A stretch of DNA of 64,000 nt, taken from the NCBI GenBank assembly GCA_020633325.1, contig JACKDX010000001.1, forward strand, positions 1,522,179 to 1,586,178. Direction: 5' to 3'. The notes under the pieces are model-generated. The model was not told the DNA's origin and did not search any database. It worked only from the letters and a program-made list of their open reading frames with translations. The position numbers and the translations under genes are program-made. This document shows, piece after piece, positions 52,452-62,743 of this stretch (position 1 is its first letter; every line of letters begins with the position of its first letter). The DNA comes from Myxococcales bacterium. Its GTDB lineage: Bacteria > Myxococcota_A > Polyangia > Polyangiales > GCA-016699535.

Positions 52452-55099
52452 TGCCCGTTCGGCCGCCATCGGTTGATCCTTCCACCTCTATCGATCGACA
52501 CACCCCAGTGATGCAGCAGTACCTGCGGTGTAAGGCCCAGTACCCAGAGGCGATCGTGTTTTTTCGTTTGGGCGATTTCTACGAAATGTTTTTCGAGGAC
52601 GCAGAGCGGGCCTCGCGCATGCTCAGTCTGACGTTAACCTCGCGTGGTAAGGATCGGCAAGGCGACAACATACCCATGGCGGGCGTGCCCCATCATGCCG
52701 CCGCAAGCTACATTACAAAACTTCTTCATTTGGGTCAGCAAGTGGCGCTGTGTGAGCAAATGGCGGACCCGAGCTCGGTTAAGGGGGTGGTGCCGCGTGA
52801 AGTGGTGCGGGTCATCACACCGGGCCTGGTGCTTGAAGAAAGTTCCCTTGATGCCCGGGCGCATAACTATTTTGTTGCTATTTCCAAGAGCGCGCAGGGC
52901 TTTGGTCTAGCCGTGCTGGAGATGTCCACGGCCGAACTCTATGTCGGGGAGCTCCGCTCAGGCGCTGAAGTGCTGGGCGAGCTTGGGCGTTTGCAGCCGC
53001 AGGAGATTTTGCTCCAGGCGGATTCCTTGGCCGATGAAGTCGCCGAAGCGCTCCGGACCATGCTTCCAACCTGTGTGCTTCAACGTGCTCAAGGGGACTC
53101 TGGTGATGCGCATGCCCAAAACATGATTGCTGAATGGCTCAACAGAGAATCCTCGACGATGACGCAGGATGACCTTGGCGAAGCTGGACAAAGAGCGATG
53201 CGGCTCGCCCTCCGGTACGTCGCCGATCATCACATATCAACCCTGCATGCCAAGTTTCGGCTGCAGCGTTACGATGTGAGCGCGCATTTGGGATTGGATA
53301 TGGCCGCCGTCCGGAACCTTGAGCTCACGGCGACCTTAGGAGGCGAGCGCGTGGGCTCGCTGCTTGCGCTCTTGGATAAGACATGTTCCAGCATGGGTGC
53401 CCGCCTGTTGCGTCGCGATGTATTGGCCCCCATGACCGATGCGGCTTTGATTCGCCGACGGCATGACGCGATTGAAGCCCTGATGATCGACGGCACGCTC
53501 CGGAAGGGCGTACGCGACGCCATGGTGAGGCTGCCCGATCTCGAGCGTTTGCTCACCCGCATAGAGTCAGGAATGGCCAATCCACGTGACCTTGCGTCCC
53601 TGCGGGAAGGCTTGCGCACAACGAGAAAAATAGACGGCCTCTTACAGGGCGAAGACCACGCACCAGCACGTGACGTCTTGCCCGCAATTGCACTTGAACG
53701 TGATGAGCTATGGGTGCTCGAGCGCCTCGAACGCATGTTGGTAGAGGACCCGCCTCTAGCCGTTGGCTCTGGCGACATTATTGCCCAGGGTGCTCACGGT
53801 CGCGTCGATGAGCTCAGGTCGCTCTCCTCATCGAGCAAAGACGTTCTATTGGCCCTCGAACAAGCCGAACGGACAGGCACGGGCATCCATTCGCTCAGGG
53901 TGAAATATACCCGAGCCTTCGGTTACTACATCGAGATCAGCCGCGCGAAACTCACCCACGTGCCGGCCCACTATCGCCGTAAGCAGACGTTGGTGGGCTC
54001 TGAGCGATTCACCACGGAGGAGTTGGACGCGCTCCAAGCCGAAATACTCACTGCGGACGAGCAGCTTCACGCCATCGAGGAAGAGTTGTTTGCCCGGTTA
54101 CGGATGGAGATTGCCCTAAGGGCCATGGGTATTCGGAAACTGGCGGCAGCGCTCGCGGCCTTGGACGTCAGCGCCTGTTGGGCCGAGCTGTCGCTACAAA
54201 ACGATTACGTCCGGCCCACCATGGACGATACCAACGAGCTAGAACTCAAGGGAAGTAGACATCCGGTCATCGAGGCGCTAGGCGCTGCAGGGAGTTTTGT
54301 TCCCAACGACATTGACCTCGGCGCCAAAAGCCAAGGCATGGCCATGATCACAGGCCCCAACATGGCCGGGAAGTCGACGATCATGCGTCAAGTGGCATTG
54401 AGTGTGATCATGGCTCAATCCGGCGGGTATGTCGCCGCCACGAGCGCTCGAATCGGGATTGTGGATCGCATTTTCACGCGCATTGGCGCGAGCGACAATG
54501 TCTCGCGCGGCGAAAGTACCTTTATGGTGGAGATGAGAGAAACCGCCGCCTTGCTGCGCGGGGCGACCTCGAAGTCTCTGGTATTGCTGGATGAAATTGG
54601 TAGGGGGACGAGCACCTATGACGGACTTGCGATCGCGTGGGCCGTGGCCGACCATCTTGCTGAACACACCCGCTGCCGCGTCTTATTTGCCACGCACTAC
54701 CATGAACTTTGCAAGCTCGCTGAGCACCGCCCCTCCCGCGTTAAAAATTACAATGTGATCGTTCGCGAGCACCAAGGGAAGATGGTTTTTCTCCATCAAC
54801 TGGCCGAAGGTGCCGCGAGCCAAAGTTACGGCATCGCGGTGGCGGAGCTTGCCGGCATCCCAGCGAGCGTGCTTGCACAGGCGAAGCACCGACTGTCCGA
54901 GTTAGAGCGCCCTTCGGCATTGCCTCGAAGGTCGTCCAAGTCGAGCGGCGAGCCCGAGGTTAATGGCCTAAAGCGCGCGCACGATTCTGAGCTTGAGGAA
55001 CTGCGAGATGCATTGCTCAAGCGCGATCTAGATCGAACCTCTCCCATGGAAGCGTTGATATGGTTACAGGAGATACGCAATCGCATCGAGAGAGGGTAG
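52448..55099 (+). CDS. mutS: DNA mismatch repair protein MutS
   Basis: TPVMQQYL, FFRLGDFYEMFFEDA, ITGPNMAGKST (Walker A), LLDEIGRGTSTYDG, FATHYHEL. GTG 52448 or ATG 52451; either overlaps the upstream stop (52449-52451). Confidence 0.96.
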   Translation: MMPVRPPSVDPSTSIDRHTPVMQQYLRCKAQYPEAIVFFRLGDFYEMFFEDAERASRMLSLTLTSRGKDRQGDNIPMAGVPHHAAASYITKLLHLGQQVALCEQMADPSSVKGVVPREVVRVITPGLVLEESSLDARAHNYFVAISKSAQGFGLAVLEMSTAELYVGELRSGAEVLGELGRLQPQEILLQADSLADEVAEALRTMLPTCVLQRAQGDSGDAHAQNMIAEWLNRESSTMTQDDLGEAGQRAMRLALRYVADHHISTLHAKFRLQRYDVSAHLGLDMAAVRNLELTATLGGERVGSLLALLDKTCSSMGARLLRRDVLAPMTDAALIRRRHDAIEALMIDGTLRKGVRDAMVRLPDLERLLTRIESGMANPRDLASLREGLRTTRKIDGLLQGEDHAPARDVLPAIALERDELWVLERLERMLVEDPPLAVGSGDIIAQGAHGRVDELRSLSSSSKDVLLALEQAERTGTGIHSLRVKYTRAFGYYIEISRAKLTHVPAHYRRKQTLVGSERFTTEELDALQAEILTADEQLHAIEEELFARLRMEIALRAMGIRKLAAALAALDVSACWAELSLQNDYVRPTMDDTNELELKGSRHPVIEALGAAGSFVPNDIDLGAKSQGMAMITGPNMAGKSTIMRQVALSVIMAQSGGYVAATSARIGIVDRIFTRIGASDNVSRGESTFMVEMRETAALLRGATSKSLVLLDEIGRGTSTYDGLAIAWAVADHLAEHTRCRVLFATHYHELCKLAEHRPSRVKNYNVIVREHQGKMVFLHQLAEGAASQSYGIAVAELAGIPASVLAQAKHRLSELERPSALPRRSSKSSGEPEVNGLKRAHDSELEELRDALLKRDLDRTSPMEALIWLQEIRNRIERG

Positions 55100-55163
55100 G
55101 CGCTCGCTTTTAGGCTATAGACGTAGTATCCATCGAGCGTTGATGGCTCACACGTTTCCGCAT

Positions 55164-56126
55164 ATGTCTCTCGTACGGGGGCGCGCAGGGATGGGCCTGC
55201 TTGTGCTTGCGATGCTTCAGATGGGTTGCGGCGGCGCAAAGTCCCGTAGCGAGCCTCCGCGACTGCTACTGCCCGCGCGCTTGAGCGGCCTGCTTCCAGC
55301 CCGCACCAACTTGGCGTTGCGCGCTGATTTGGCGCGTATGCGTCATACTGAAAGCTATCCCTCCATCCGCAGGATGATCGAAGGAGGGTTTGAGCGCTCA
55401 GGCTCTCGGTCGCACGTGGACATAGGCAAAATATTGGACGATAGCGGTGAATTTGTGGCGGGCGTAAGCTACGACGCTTCTGCATCGGTTCCCTCGACTG
55501 TGATCTTATTGCGAGGCGCCTATGCGCCGGGGTCCCTGGATCAGCTGGGTGCGAGCTACTCGCCTCCCTTGCGCACGGAGTTCTTGGCACGAGATGTATG
55601 GGTGATCGCGCAAGCTGCGGCCATAAAGAACATTCGAAAGAAACTTATGAGTCGTGGATCCGCTGAACCTGTGCTGCGCGTGCTACGCGAGAAATATGGA
55701 TTTGATGAGGCGCTCTTGTGCTTGGTCGCTGAGGGCACCCCCGACGTTCACCGGCGCATCACCCAAGATCCCTTGTTTGCAAGCGTGCCCTTGTTTCGAG
55801 AGGGCCCGCTCTCTCAGGTGTTTTCCACATTTCAGAGCATGGGGCTTCGCATTGACATCGATCGCGCAGTACGGGTGCAACTCGGATTTCATGTGGCATC
55901 GAGCGCGTTGGCCCAAGCTGCGGCCAACCAAGCCGGCGATCTTGTTTCGCGGTATCGACGAAACTTTTTTGTCATCGCGTTGGGACTTCGTCCAGTGTTC
56001 GACAACGCATTTGTGTATGCGGATAATGGGCGGCTTTCTGTTAAGGTGGAAGTCCCTGAACGGGATGCCGCCGCCATCGCGACCCGCGTTGCGGACCTTT
56101 CGAAACTATCCAGCCGGACACGATGA
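55164..56126 (+). CDS. Hypothetical lipoprotein
   Basis: MSLVRGRAGMGLLVLAMLQMGCGG (lipobox). The ORF extends upstream to 55140 (TTG/ATG alternatives). Confidence 0.55.
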   Translation: MSLVRGRAGMGLLVLAMLQMGCGGAKSRSEPPRLLLPARLSGLLPARTNLALRADLARMRHTESYPSIRRMIEGGFERSGSRSHVDIGKILDDSGEFVAGVSYDASASVPSTVILLRGAYAPGSLDQLGASYSPPLRTEFLARDVWVIAQAAAIKNIRKKLMSRGSAEPVLRVLREKYGFDEALLCLVAEGTPDVHRRITQDPLFASVPLFREGPLSQVFSTFQSMGLRIDIDRAVRVQLGFHVASSALAQAAANQAGDLVSRYRRNFFVIALGLRPVFDNAFVYADNGRLSVKVEVPERDAAAIATRVADLSKLSSRTR

Positions 56127-57466
56127 GCACGCTCTATATTCGAGGGGGCTGCCCAATACGCGGTCGTGTTCGAGTGCCCGGGGATAAGTCCATCGGCCAT
56201 CGCGCGTTGCTCTTTTCAGCCTTGGCCGAAGGGCGCTCGCGCATTCACGGCTTGTCTCACGGCGAGGACAACGTCTCGACGGCGCGCGCACTCGAGGCGA
56301 TGGGTGTGAAGCTTCGGTTGTTCGACGGCGGTCTGGCTGAAGTACACGGCGTGGGGCTGCGGGGTCTCAGGCCGTCGGAAAAGGATATCGATTGCGGGAA
56401 CTCCGGCACGAGCATGCGGCTTTTTACAGGGCTGCTCGCGGCCCAACACTTTCGCAGCGTGCTCACGGGCGACGCCTCCCTCCGCTCGAGGCCCATGCGG
56501 CGAGTGGTCCACCCGCTCGTGGCACAAGGGGCGCGCATTGCGGGTGCAAAGGGCAAAAACGCCGAGGATATTTACCCGCCACTGGTGATCGAGGGTATGA
56601 AACCGGGCGAGCAGCTTAAAGGCATTAATTATGACATGCCTGTCGCGAGCGCGCAGGTGAAAACGGCGCTTTTGCTGGGTGGGCTATATGCCAGCGGCCC
56701 AACGGTGCTGAAAGAACCGCTATTATCCCGGGATCATACCGAGCGCATGTTTCTGGCGCTGGGCGTGCCCATCGAAACCGCCGGCTCGGCGATCATGTTG
56801 GATCCTCGGGGATGGCGCAGGGGGTGGGATGCCGTAGACTGGTCAATCCCTTCCGATCTTTCGAGTGCCGCCTTTGTGTTGGCGCTCGCGCGCCTCGTTC
56901 CAGACAGCCACGTCGAGCTAGAAAATGTCGGCGTTAATCCCACTCGGACAGGGTTTTTAGATGCGATGCGTCTCATGGGCGCCAACATTGTTCATATGCC
57001 AAAGGGAGACGCGGGCGTGGGTGAGCCAGTAGCAACATTGCAGATGTCTTATGGGGCGCTGAGGGGTATCCTATTGGGCGGAGAGCTGCTCACGCGAATG
57101 ATTGACGAAGTGCCCATTGCGTGCGCGTTGGGCGCTCATGCGGATGGCACGACCGAGATTCGCGATGCGGCGGAGCTTCGAGTCAAGGAGAGCGACCGCA
57201 TCAGCAGCATGGCCGAGACGTTGGCTGCGTTTGGGATCATGAGCACACAGTATCCAGACGGCCTTCGGATCGAAGGCGGGCAGCCAAGGGCTGCGGCACG
57301 GGTCAATAGTCATGGTGATCACCGCATTGCCATGACCGCTGCTGTTTTAGCCATGGCTACCGAGGGAGAGAGCGTGATCGAAGATGTCGGCTGTATAGAA
57401 ACGAGCTTTCCGGGCTTTACCGAACTCATGCGTACGCTTGGAGCAGACATTGAGCAAAGAGCATAA
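56123..57466 (+). CDS. aroA: 3-phosphoshikimate 1-carboxyvinyltransferase (EPSP synthase)
   Basis: VPGDKSIGHRALLF, NSGTSMRL, LRSRPMRR, KESDR, DHRIAM. ATGA overlap with the upstream stop. Confidence 0.95.
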   Translation: MSTLYIRGGCPIRGRVRVPGDKSIGHRALLFSALAEGRSRIHGLSHGEDNVSTARALEAMGVKLRLFDGGLAEVHGVGLRGLRPSEKDIDCGNSGTSMRLFTGLLAAQHFRSVLTGDASLRSRPMRRVVHPLVAQGARIAGAKGKNAEDIYPPLVIEGMKPGEQLKGINYDMPVASAQVKTALLLGGLYASGPTVLKEPLLSRDHTERMFLALGVPIETAGSAIMLDPRGWRRGWDAVDWSIPSDLSSAAFVLALARLVPDSHVELENVGVNPTRTGFLDAMRLMGANIVHMPKGDAGVGEPVATLQMSYGALRGILLGGELLTRMIDEVPIACALGAHADGTTEIRDAAELRVKESDRISSMAETLAAFGIMSTQYPDGLRIEGGQPRAAARVNSHGDHRIAMTAAVLAMATEGESVIEDVGCIETSFPGFTELMRTLGADIEQRA

Positions 57467-58136
57467 AGCGGTCGTCGCAATCGATGGACCTGCCGGTGCT
57501 GGGAAAAGCTCGGCGGCAAAACTACTGGCGCAAAAGCTCGGCTTTGTGTTGGTGGATACGGGAGCCTTGTATCGCGGCGTGGCGTGGGCGGCAGGAAGAA
57601 AGCACCTGGACCTTGACGACTCTCTAGCGCTCGGCGCGCTAGCGCGGGAGTTAGAGTTTGCCTTTCACACCAAGCACGATGGGTCTAGCGCATTGTGGGT
57701 GGATGGTCGCGACTGCTCAAACGAAATACGCACGCAGGCAATGGCGCAAGCAGCGAGTGATGTTTCCACCTACCCCGAGGTGCGAGACGCCTTGCTGTCG
57801 GTTCAAAGACGGCTTGGACAAGGCGGCGGCGTGGTGCTCGAGGGTCGCGATATTGGCACCGTCGTATTTCCCGATGCCGATGTGAAGGTGTTTCTCACGG
57901 CCAGCCTCGAGGCGCGAGCACAAAGACGCCACAAGGAGCTCATCGCCCGGGGGGCCGACAGCGCGTACGAGGCGGTACTCGAGGAAATTCGCCAGCGAGA
58001 TGCCCAGGATATGGGCCGAGAGGTTGCCCCCTTGGTTCCCGCCAAGGACGCGACGGTGATGGACAGCACGGCGCTGGAGCTCGAAGAGGTCGTGGAACGA
58101 CTTTATAGGCTGGTGAAAGAGCGCTCGGGATCTTGA
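57438..58136 (+). CDS. cmk: Cytidylate kinase
   Basis: VVAIDGPAGAGKSS P-loop. DTGALYR, GRDIGTVVFPDA, RRHKEL. TTG start at 57438 or 57450; it overlaps the aroA 3' end. Confidence 0.9.
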   Translation: MEQTLSKEHKAVVAIDGPAGAGKSSAAKLLAQKLGFVLVDTGALYRGVAWAAGRKHLDLDDSLALGALARELEFAFHTKHDGSSALWVDGRDCSNEIRTQAMAQAASDVSTYPEVRDALLSVQRRLGQGGGVVLEGRDIGTVVFPDADVKVFLTASLEARAQRRHKELIARGADSAYEAVLEEIRQRDAQDMGREVAPLVPAKDATVMDSTALELEEVVERLYRLVKERSGS

Positions 58137-58330
58137 TGTACTTCACCCCTCCGTTTCGCCAAGCCACCTCAACAGGGCTCGAATTGCGCGAAAAGTCATG
58201 CTACGATGTGAGGATTCTGGCTTTCCTGCGGTTTTCAGCGGCAGAGACCGTGGATGCGATTGACACATTCAATGACCGCTGCTAGCGTTCGCGCTCAATT
58301 TTGAGCACTAGAAAGGACCGACCAAGACGT

Positions 58331-60082
58331 ATGACCCCGACCTCAGATCACGCTCACCCCGCGCCTCCTGGCGGAGAAAGCTTCGCGAGCTTATTCGAGA
58401 GGACGGCAGCGGCGGCAGATGCGCTGCGCGAAGGTGAAATCGTCAAAGGAACGGTCGTTCAGGTCAACAAAGACGCCGTGGTGGTCGATATCGGCTTTAA
58501 ATCGGAGGGCGTCATTCCGCTTGTGGAGTTCGAGGGGCCCTCGGGTGAGGTTCGGGTTCAGGCGGGTGATCAGGTCGATGTGCTTGTCGAAGCAACCGAA
58601 AACGATGACGGGCTTGTGCTCTTGTCGAAGGAAAAAGCGGACAAGCTCAGGGTGTGGGATGAGATCAGTGAGGCCTGCGAACGTGATGAGCTTATTGAGG
58701 GCACCATCACCGCACGCGTCAAGGGCGGCTTGTCGGTCACCATCCGGGGAGGCGTGAAGGCGTTTTTGCCAGGCTCACAGGTTGATCTGCGGCCCATCCG
58801 CAACCTCGACAAATTGCTGGGCGAGACACATCAGTTCAAAGTCATCAAGTTTAACAAGAAACGCGGCAACATTGTGCTCTCGCGCCGTGCTTTGCTCGAG
58901 AGCGAGCGTAACGCGCTTAAGGAACAGACGCTTCAGCAGCTCGAAGAAGGCATGGTGGTGACGGGCCTCATCAAGAACATCACCGAATATGGCGCATTCG
59001 TAGACCTGGGGGGCATCGACGGTCTGCTCCATATCACCGACATGAGTTGGGGGCGCATCAATCATCCCTCCGAGGTGTTCAATGTCGGAGATCAGGTAGA
59101 AGTAAAGGTGCTTAAGTACAACCCGGAGACCGAGCGCGTATCGCTGGGGCTCAAACAGACAACCGAAGATCCGTGGCTGCACGCCATTGAGTCCTATCCT
59201 CCGGGGAAGCGCATTACCGGAAAAGTAGTGTCAGTGACCGATTATGGCGCATTTGTGCAAATCGAAGAAGGCATCGAAGGGTTGATTCATGTAAGTGAAA
59301 TGAGTTGGGGCAAAGCCAAGCACCCCTCGAAGTTGCTCGAAGCCGGATCGGAACTCGAATGTCAGGTCTTGGAGGTCGATGCGGATAACAAGCGCATCAG
59401 CCTCGGCCTAAAGCAGCTCGCGCCCGATCCGTGGAACGAATTTGTCAAGCGCTATAGTCCGGGGGACATTATGCATGGCAATGTGGTTTCCGTCACCGAG
59501 TATGGTGTGTTTGTTGGGATCGAAGATGGCGTCGATGGCATGGTTCACAAATCAGATCTGAGTTGGACCCAACGCATCGAGAACCCTGCGGAGCTTTATC
59601 ACAAAGGCGATGAGGTCCAGGCGATCATTCTGTCGGTCAATCACGACGAGAGAAAAGTGTCTCTTGGCATCAAGCAACTCTATGAAGATCCTTGGGCACA
59701 GGTTCAGAGCGATTACCCACAGGGGACCTCACTTGAGGTGCGTGTGCTATCCATTTCGGACAGCGGTGTGTACGTGGAGCTGCAACGAGGCATTGAGGGT
59801 TTTATCCCGTTGGCCGAGATGAGTACGGAGTCCGTCACGGATGCAAGCACCGTGGTCAAGGAGGGCGACATTGTCAAAGCGCGCATTTACGAAGTCGATT
59901 CCGAACAGCGACGCATTCTCTTGAGCCTTATCGACATTGACGAGTCCCACCTGGTGAAGTTTTTGGAAAATGCAGCACCCAAGCTTGTGCCACAGTCTCC
60001 AAAGAGCCGTCCAGGCGCGACCTTGGGTGATGTGCTGAAAGACCAGCTTGGCGGCAAGGTCGAGGAACTGAGTAAGCCCTAG
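58331..60082 (+). CDS. rpsA: 30S ribosomal protein S1
   Basis: Six S1 domains ([92 protein letters not shown]). ATG 58331 is preferred over TTG 58301. Confidence 0.93.
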   Translation: MTPTSDHAHPAPPGGESFASLFERTAAAADALREGEIVKGTVVQVNKDAVVVDIGFKSEGVIPLVEFEGPSGEVRVQAGDQVDVLVEATENDDGLVLLSKEKADKLRVWDEISEACERDELIEGTITARVKGGLSVTIRGGVKAFLPGSQVDLRPIRNLDKLLGETHQFKVIKFNKKRGNIVLSRRALLESERNALKEQTLQQLEEGMVVTGLIKNITEYGAFVDLGGIDGLLHITDMSWGRINHPSEVFNVGDQVEVKVLKYNPETERVSLGLKQTTEDPWLHAIESYPPGKRITGKVVSVTDYGAFVQIEEGIEGLIHVSEMSWGKAKHPSKLLEAGSELECQVLEVDADNKRISLGLKQLAPDPWNEFVKRYSPGDIMHGNVVSVTEYGVFVGIEDGVDGMVHKSDLSWTQRIENPAELYHKGDEVQAIILSVNHDERKVSLGIKQLYEDPWAQVQSDYPQGTSLEVRVLSISDSGVYVELQRGIEGFIPLAEMSTESVTDASTVVKEGDIVKARIYEVDSEQRRILLSLIDIDESHLVKFLENAAPKLVPQSPKSRPGATLGDVLKDQLGGKVEELSKP

Positions 60083-60083
60083 C

Positions 60084-60839
60084 TCACTCAAGCTCGACGA
60101 CGATGGCAGTGATATTATCTTTGCCGCCCCGCTGATTTGCGATTTCCACGAATTGTCGCGCGGCACGCTGCGGGCCGAGCTGCATCACGGTCGGTATCTC
60201 CGCATCGCTGAGATAGCCATGCAGGCCATCGGAGCACAGGAGAAAACCGTCGCCAGCCTGCACCAAAAATGCGCGTGTATCGACCTGGACATAGTCACGA
60301 CTGCCGACGGCGCGCGTGATGACATTTTTGTGGGGTGATCGCGCCGCTTCCTGCTCGGTGATGACACCTTGCTTTAGCTGCCAGGCGATGAGTGTATGAT
60401 CTTCGGTGAGTTGGTAGGCCTTGCGATCACGACTCATGTAGATGCGACTATCCCCAACTTGGGCCGTGATGCCGTAGTTGCCCTTCAGGAGAAGCGCCGA
60501 GACGGTGGTGCCCATACCCTGTTGTTCGGGGTCAATTTGTGCGATTCCAAACACCATATAGGTCGCCGCTTGCACGGCACTCTCCAAGAGCCGGAGCGCG
60601 CGTCGCACGGTCTCTGTAGGCACATCCGTTGCTTCGAGGCCCTGTAGGGTGCCACATTCCCGTCTCACCATGTCCGACAGTGTCTCGACAGCTTCTTGGC
60701 TAGCCACTTCGCCGGCATTATGTCCCCCCATGCCGTCGGCAACCACGTATAGTCCCAACTCGTCATCACACAAAAAGGAATCCTCATTGGTGACGCGTTT
60801 TTTCCCGAGATCCGAGAGGCCTTGTCCGTAGCGACGCAT
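60084..60839 (-). CDS. PP2C-family Ser/Thr protein phosphatase
   Basis: RVTNEDSF, VADGMGGHNAGEVAS, LLCSDGL, GGKDNITAIVVE. Confidence 0.92.
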   Translation of the reverse strand: MRRYGQGLSDLGKKRVTNEDSFLCDDELGLYVVADGMGGHNAGEVASQEAVETLSDMVRRECGTLQGLEATDVPTETVRRALRLLESAVQAATYMVFGIAQIDPEQQGMGTTVSALLLKGNYGITAQVGDSRIYMSRDRKAYQLTEDHTLIAWQLKQGVITEQEAARSPHKNVITRAVGSRDYVQVDTRAFLVQAGDGFLLCSDGLHGYLSDAEIPTVMQLGPQRAARQFVEIANQRGGKDNITAIVVELE

Positions 60840-60952
60840 AGGTTAAGAACCGATCCTGGAAGTTTTATGCTGCTTATGACTCCACGGCAAGCGTTGTTTA
60901 TCCCGAGCAAAACCATGCAACCCAGCCTGCACGCCGTCGAGGGATTGGCGTA

Positions 60953-62743
60953 GTGGTCCGCCCCACCCAAAACATCTCCCCCAAAAGGACAACTCTTGGG
61001 GGATTTGGCATTTTGCGCCGCGAGCTTGCGCCCTATTGGCCGACGCTGCGATGGGGCATCTTGGCACTTATCGCGACCAACATGTTCGAAAAATCCGTGC
61101 CGTGGCTGTTGCGCCTGGCCGTGGATGCCCTGGCCCAAGACCAGTTACCACAGGTGCGTAAATACGCCTTGTTGGTCATCGTATGTGCCATAGGCATGGC
61201 CACCGTCCGTACATGCTCCCGTATCACCGTTTTTAATGTGGGCAGAAACCTCGAATGGGAACTCAGAAACCGGTTGCTGGCCAGGTTACACGGCTTGGGT
61301 GCGCGCTTCTTTCGCCGTATGTCCACCGGCGAGATCATGTCCAGAGCAACCAACGATGTGGGTCAGGTGCGCTTTATGGCTGGGTTTGGGGTGCTTCATG
61401 TTGTCAACGCCGCGCTAGCGTACGGCGGGGCATTTGCGTTGATGTGGACGCTGTCTCCTCGCTTAATGTTGTACTCGCTGGCCCCGTTTCCAGTGCTCGC
61501 TTTGCTGGCGAGAACGTTTTCGCGCGCAATTTACCACCGCAGCCTGAGGACTCAGGCGTGTTTGGGCGCTCTTTCGGAACACGCCCAAGAATCGTTTGCC
61601 TCCATGCGACTGATTCGTAGTTTTGCTATGGAGTCAAAGGACGCGCGCAGCTTTGAGCGCATCAATCAAGAGGCGCTTCAGGCCAATATGGCGTTGGTGA
61701 TGCTACGAGGCCTCATGTGGCCGGCGCTGATGGCAGTGGGCTCGTTGGGAACGTTGATCGCGCTATGGTTTGGTGGCCGTATGGTGCTCTCGGGCGCCCT
61801 CTCGGTGGGATCGTTCGTGGCGTTTCATGCGTATCTGGGCCAGCTGATTTGGCCCACGTTGGCCTTGGGCTACGTGCTAAGTGTCTTACAGCGCGGCCAA
61901 GCTTCGTATCGCCGTATTGGAGACATTCTCGAACAAGCGGAGGAGCTGCCAGAAGCGGATACCCATGGTCTTCCCATGGGGCAGGTACGAGGCGACATAC
62001 AAGTTCGCGGTCTGACATTTCGCTATGAGGAGTATCCCGCACTTGAAGACGTATATATGTCGATTGAGCCGGGAACAATGGTTGCCGTGGTTGGAAGGAC
62101 TGGGAGTGGCAAGAGCACCCTCGCTGCTCTTTTGGCGCGGCTTTTACCAGTGCCTCCCAATACGGTTTACCTGGATGGTCAAGACGTCACCACGCGCCGT
62201 GTGCGCGATGTACGACGGAGTATTGGGTATACGCCTCAGGAGCCGTTCCTGTTTTCAACGTCGGTGGCCAGAAATATTGGCTTTGCCATCGACAACATCC
62301 ACGCGCCTCAGGAAGTCTCTCGCATTGAAGAGGCGGTGCATCAGGTCGCTTTGGAAGAGGACATCAAGGGACTCCCGGAGGGCTTGGCCACACCCGTCGG
62401 AGAACGCGGCGTGCAACTCTCGGGCGGGCAGAAACAGCGCATCGCCTTGGCCAGGGCGCTCTTGCAACGGGCACCAGTCATGATTTTAGACGACCCCTTG
62501 AGTGCGGTCGACGCCCTCACAGAGGCACGTATACTCCATACGCTCAAGCACATTGCCGCCACACAAACCTTGGTTCTTATCACCAATCGCATATCTGCGG
62601 CCTCGTCGGCGGATCATATCTACGTCATGGATGCGGGGCGTGTGGTGCAGTCAGGGCACCACGATGACCTTCTGAGAGAACCCGGTCTCTATGCGGAGCT
62701 TGCGACCTTGCAGCGCGTAGAACAGGATCTACACGCCCTATGA
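60953..62743 (+). CDS. ABC transporter, fused permease/ATPase (MdlA/MsbA-type exporter half)
   Basis: Six-helix TMD, then GRTGSGKSTL (Walker A), LSGGQKQRIALARAL (signature) and ILDDPLSAVD (Walker B). Start is uncertain (GTG 60953 or TTG 60995). Confidence 0.88.
   Translation: MVRPTQNISPKRTTLGGFGILRRELAPYWPTLRWGILALIATNMFEKSVPWLLRLAVDALAQDQLPQVRKYALLVIVCAIGMATVRTCSRITVFNVGRNLEWELRNRLLARLHGLGARFFRRMSTGEIMSRATNDVGQVRFMAGFGVLHVVNAALAYGGAFALMWTLSPRLMLYSLAPFPVLALLARTFSRAIYHRSLRTQACLGALSEHAQESFASMRLIRSFAMESKDARSFERINQEALQANMALVMLRGLMWPALMAVGSLGTLIALWFGGRMVLSGALSVGSFVAFHAYLGQLIWPTLALGYVLSVLQRGQASYRRIGDILEQAEELPEADTHGLPMGQVRGDIQVRGLTFRYEEYPALEDVYMSIEPGTMVAVVGRTGSGKSTLAALLARLLPVPPNTVYLDGQDVTTRRVRDVRRSIGYTPQEPFLFSTSVARNIGFAIDNIHAPQEVSRIEEAVHQVALEEDIKGLPEGLATPVGERGVQLSGGQKQRIALARALLQRAPVMILDDPLSAVDALTEARILHTLKHIAATQTLVLITNRISAASSADHIYVMDAGRVVQSGHHDDLLREPGLYAELATLQRVEQDLHAL

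Noticed and set aside
60080-60086. The rpsA stop (60080-60082) and the convergent PP2C phosphatase stop (60084-60086) are separated by a single nucleotide.
   Set aside because: It is real in the sequence but probably just compact convergent termination. No hairpin could be placed, and there is no functional implication I can support.
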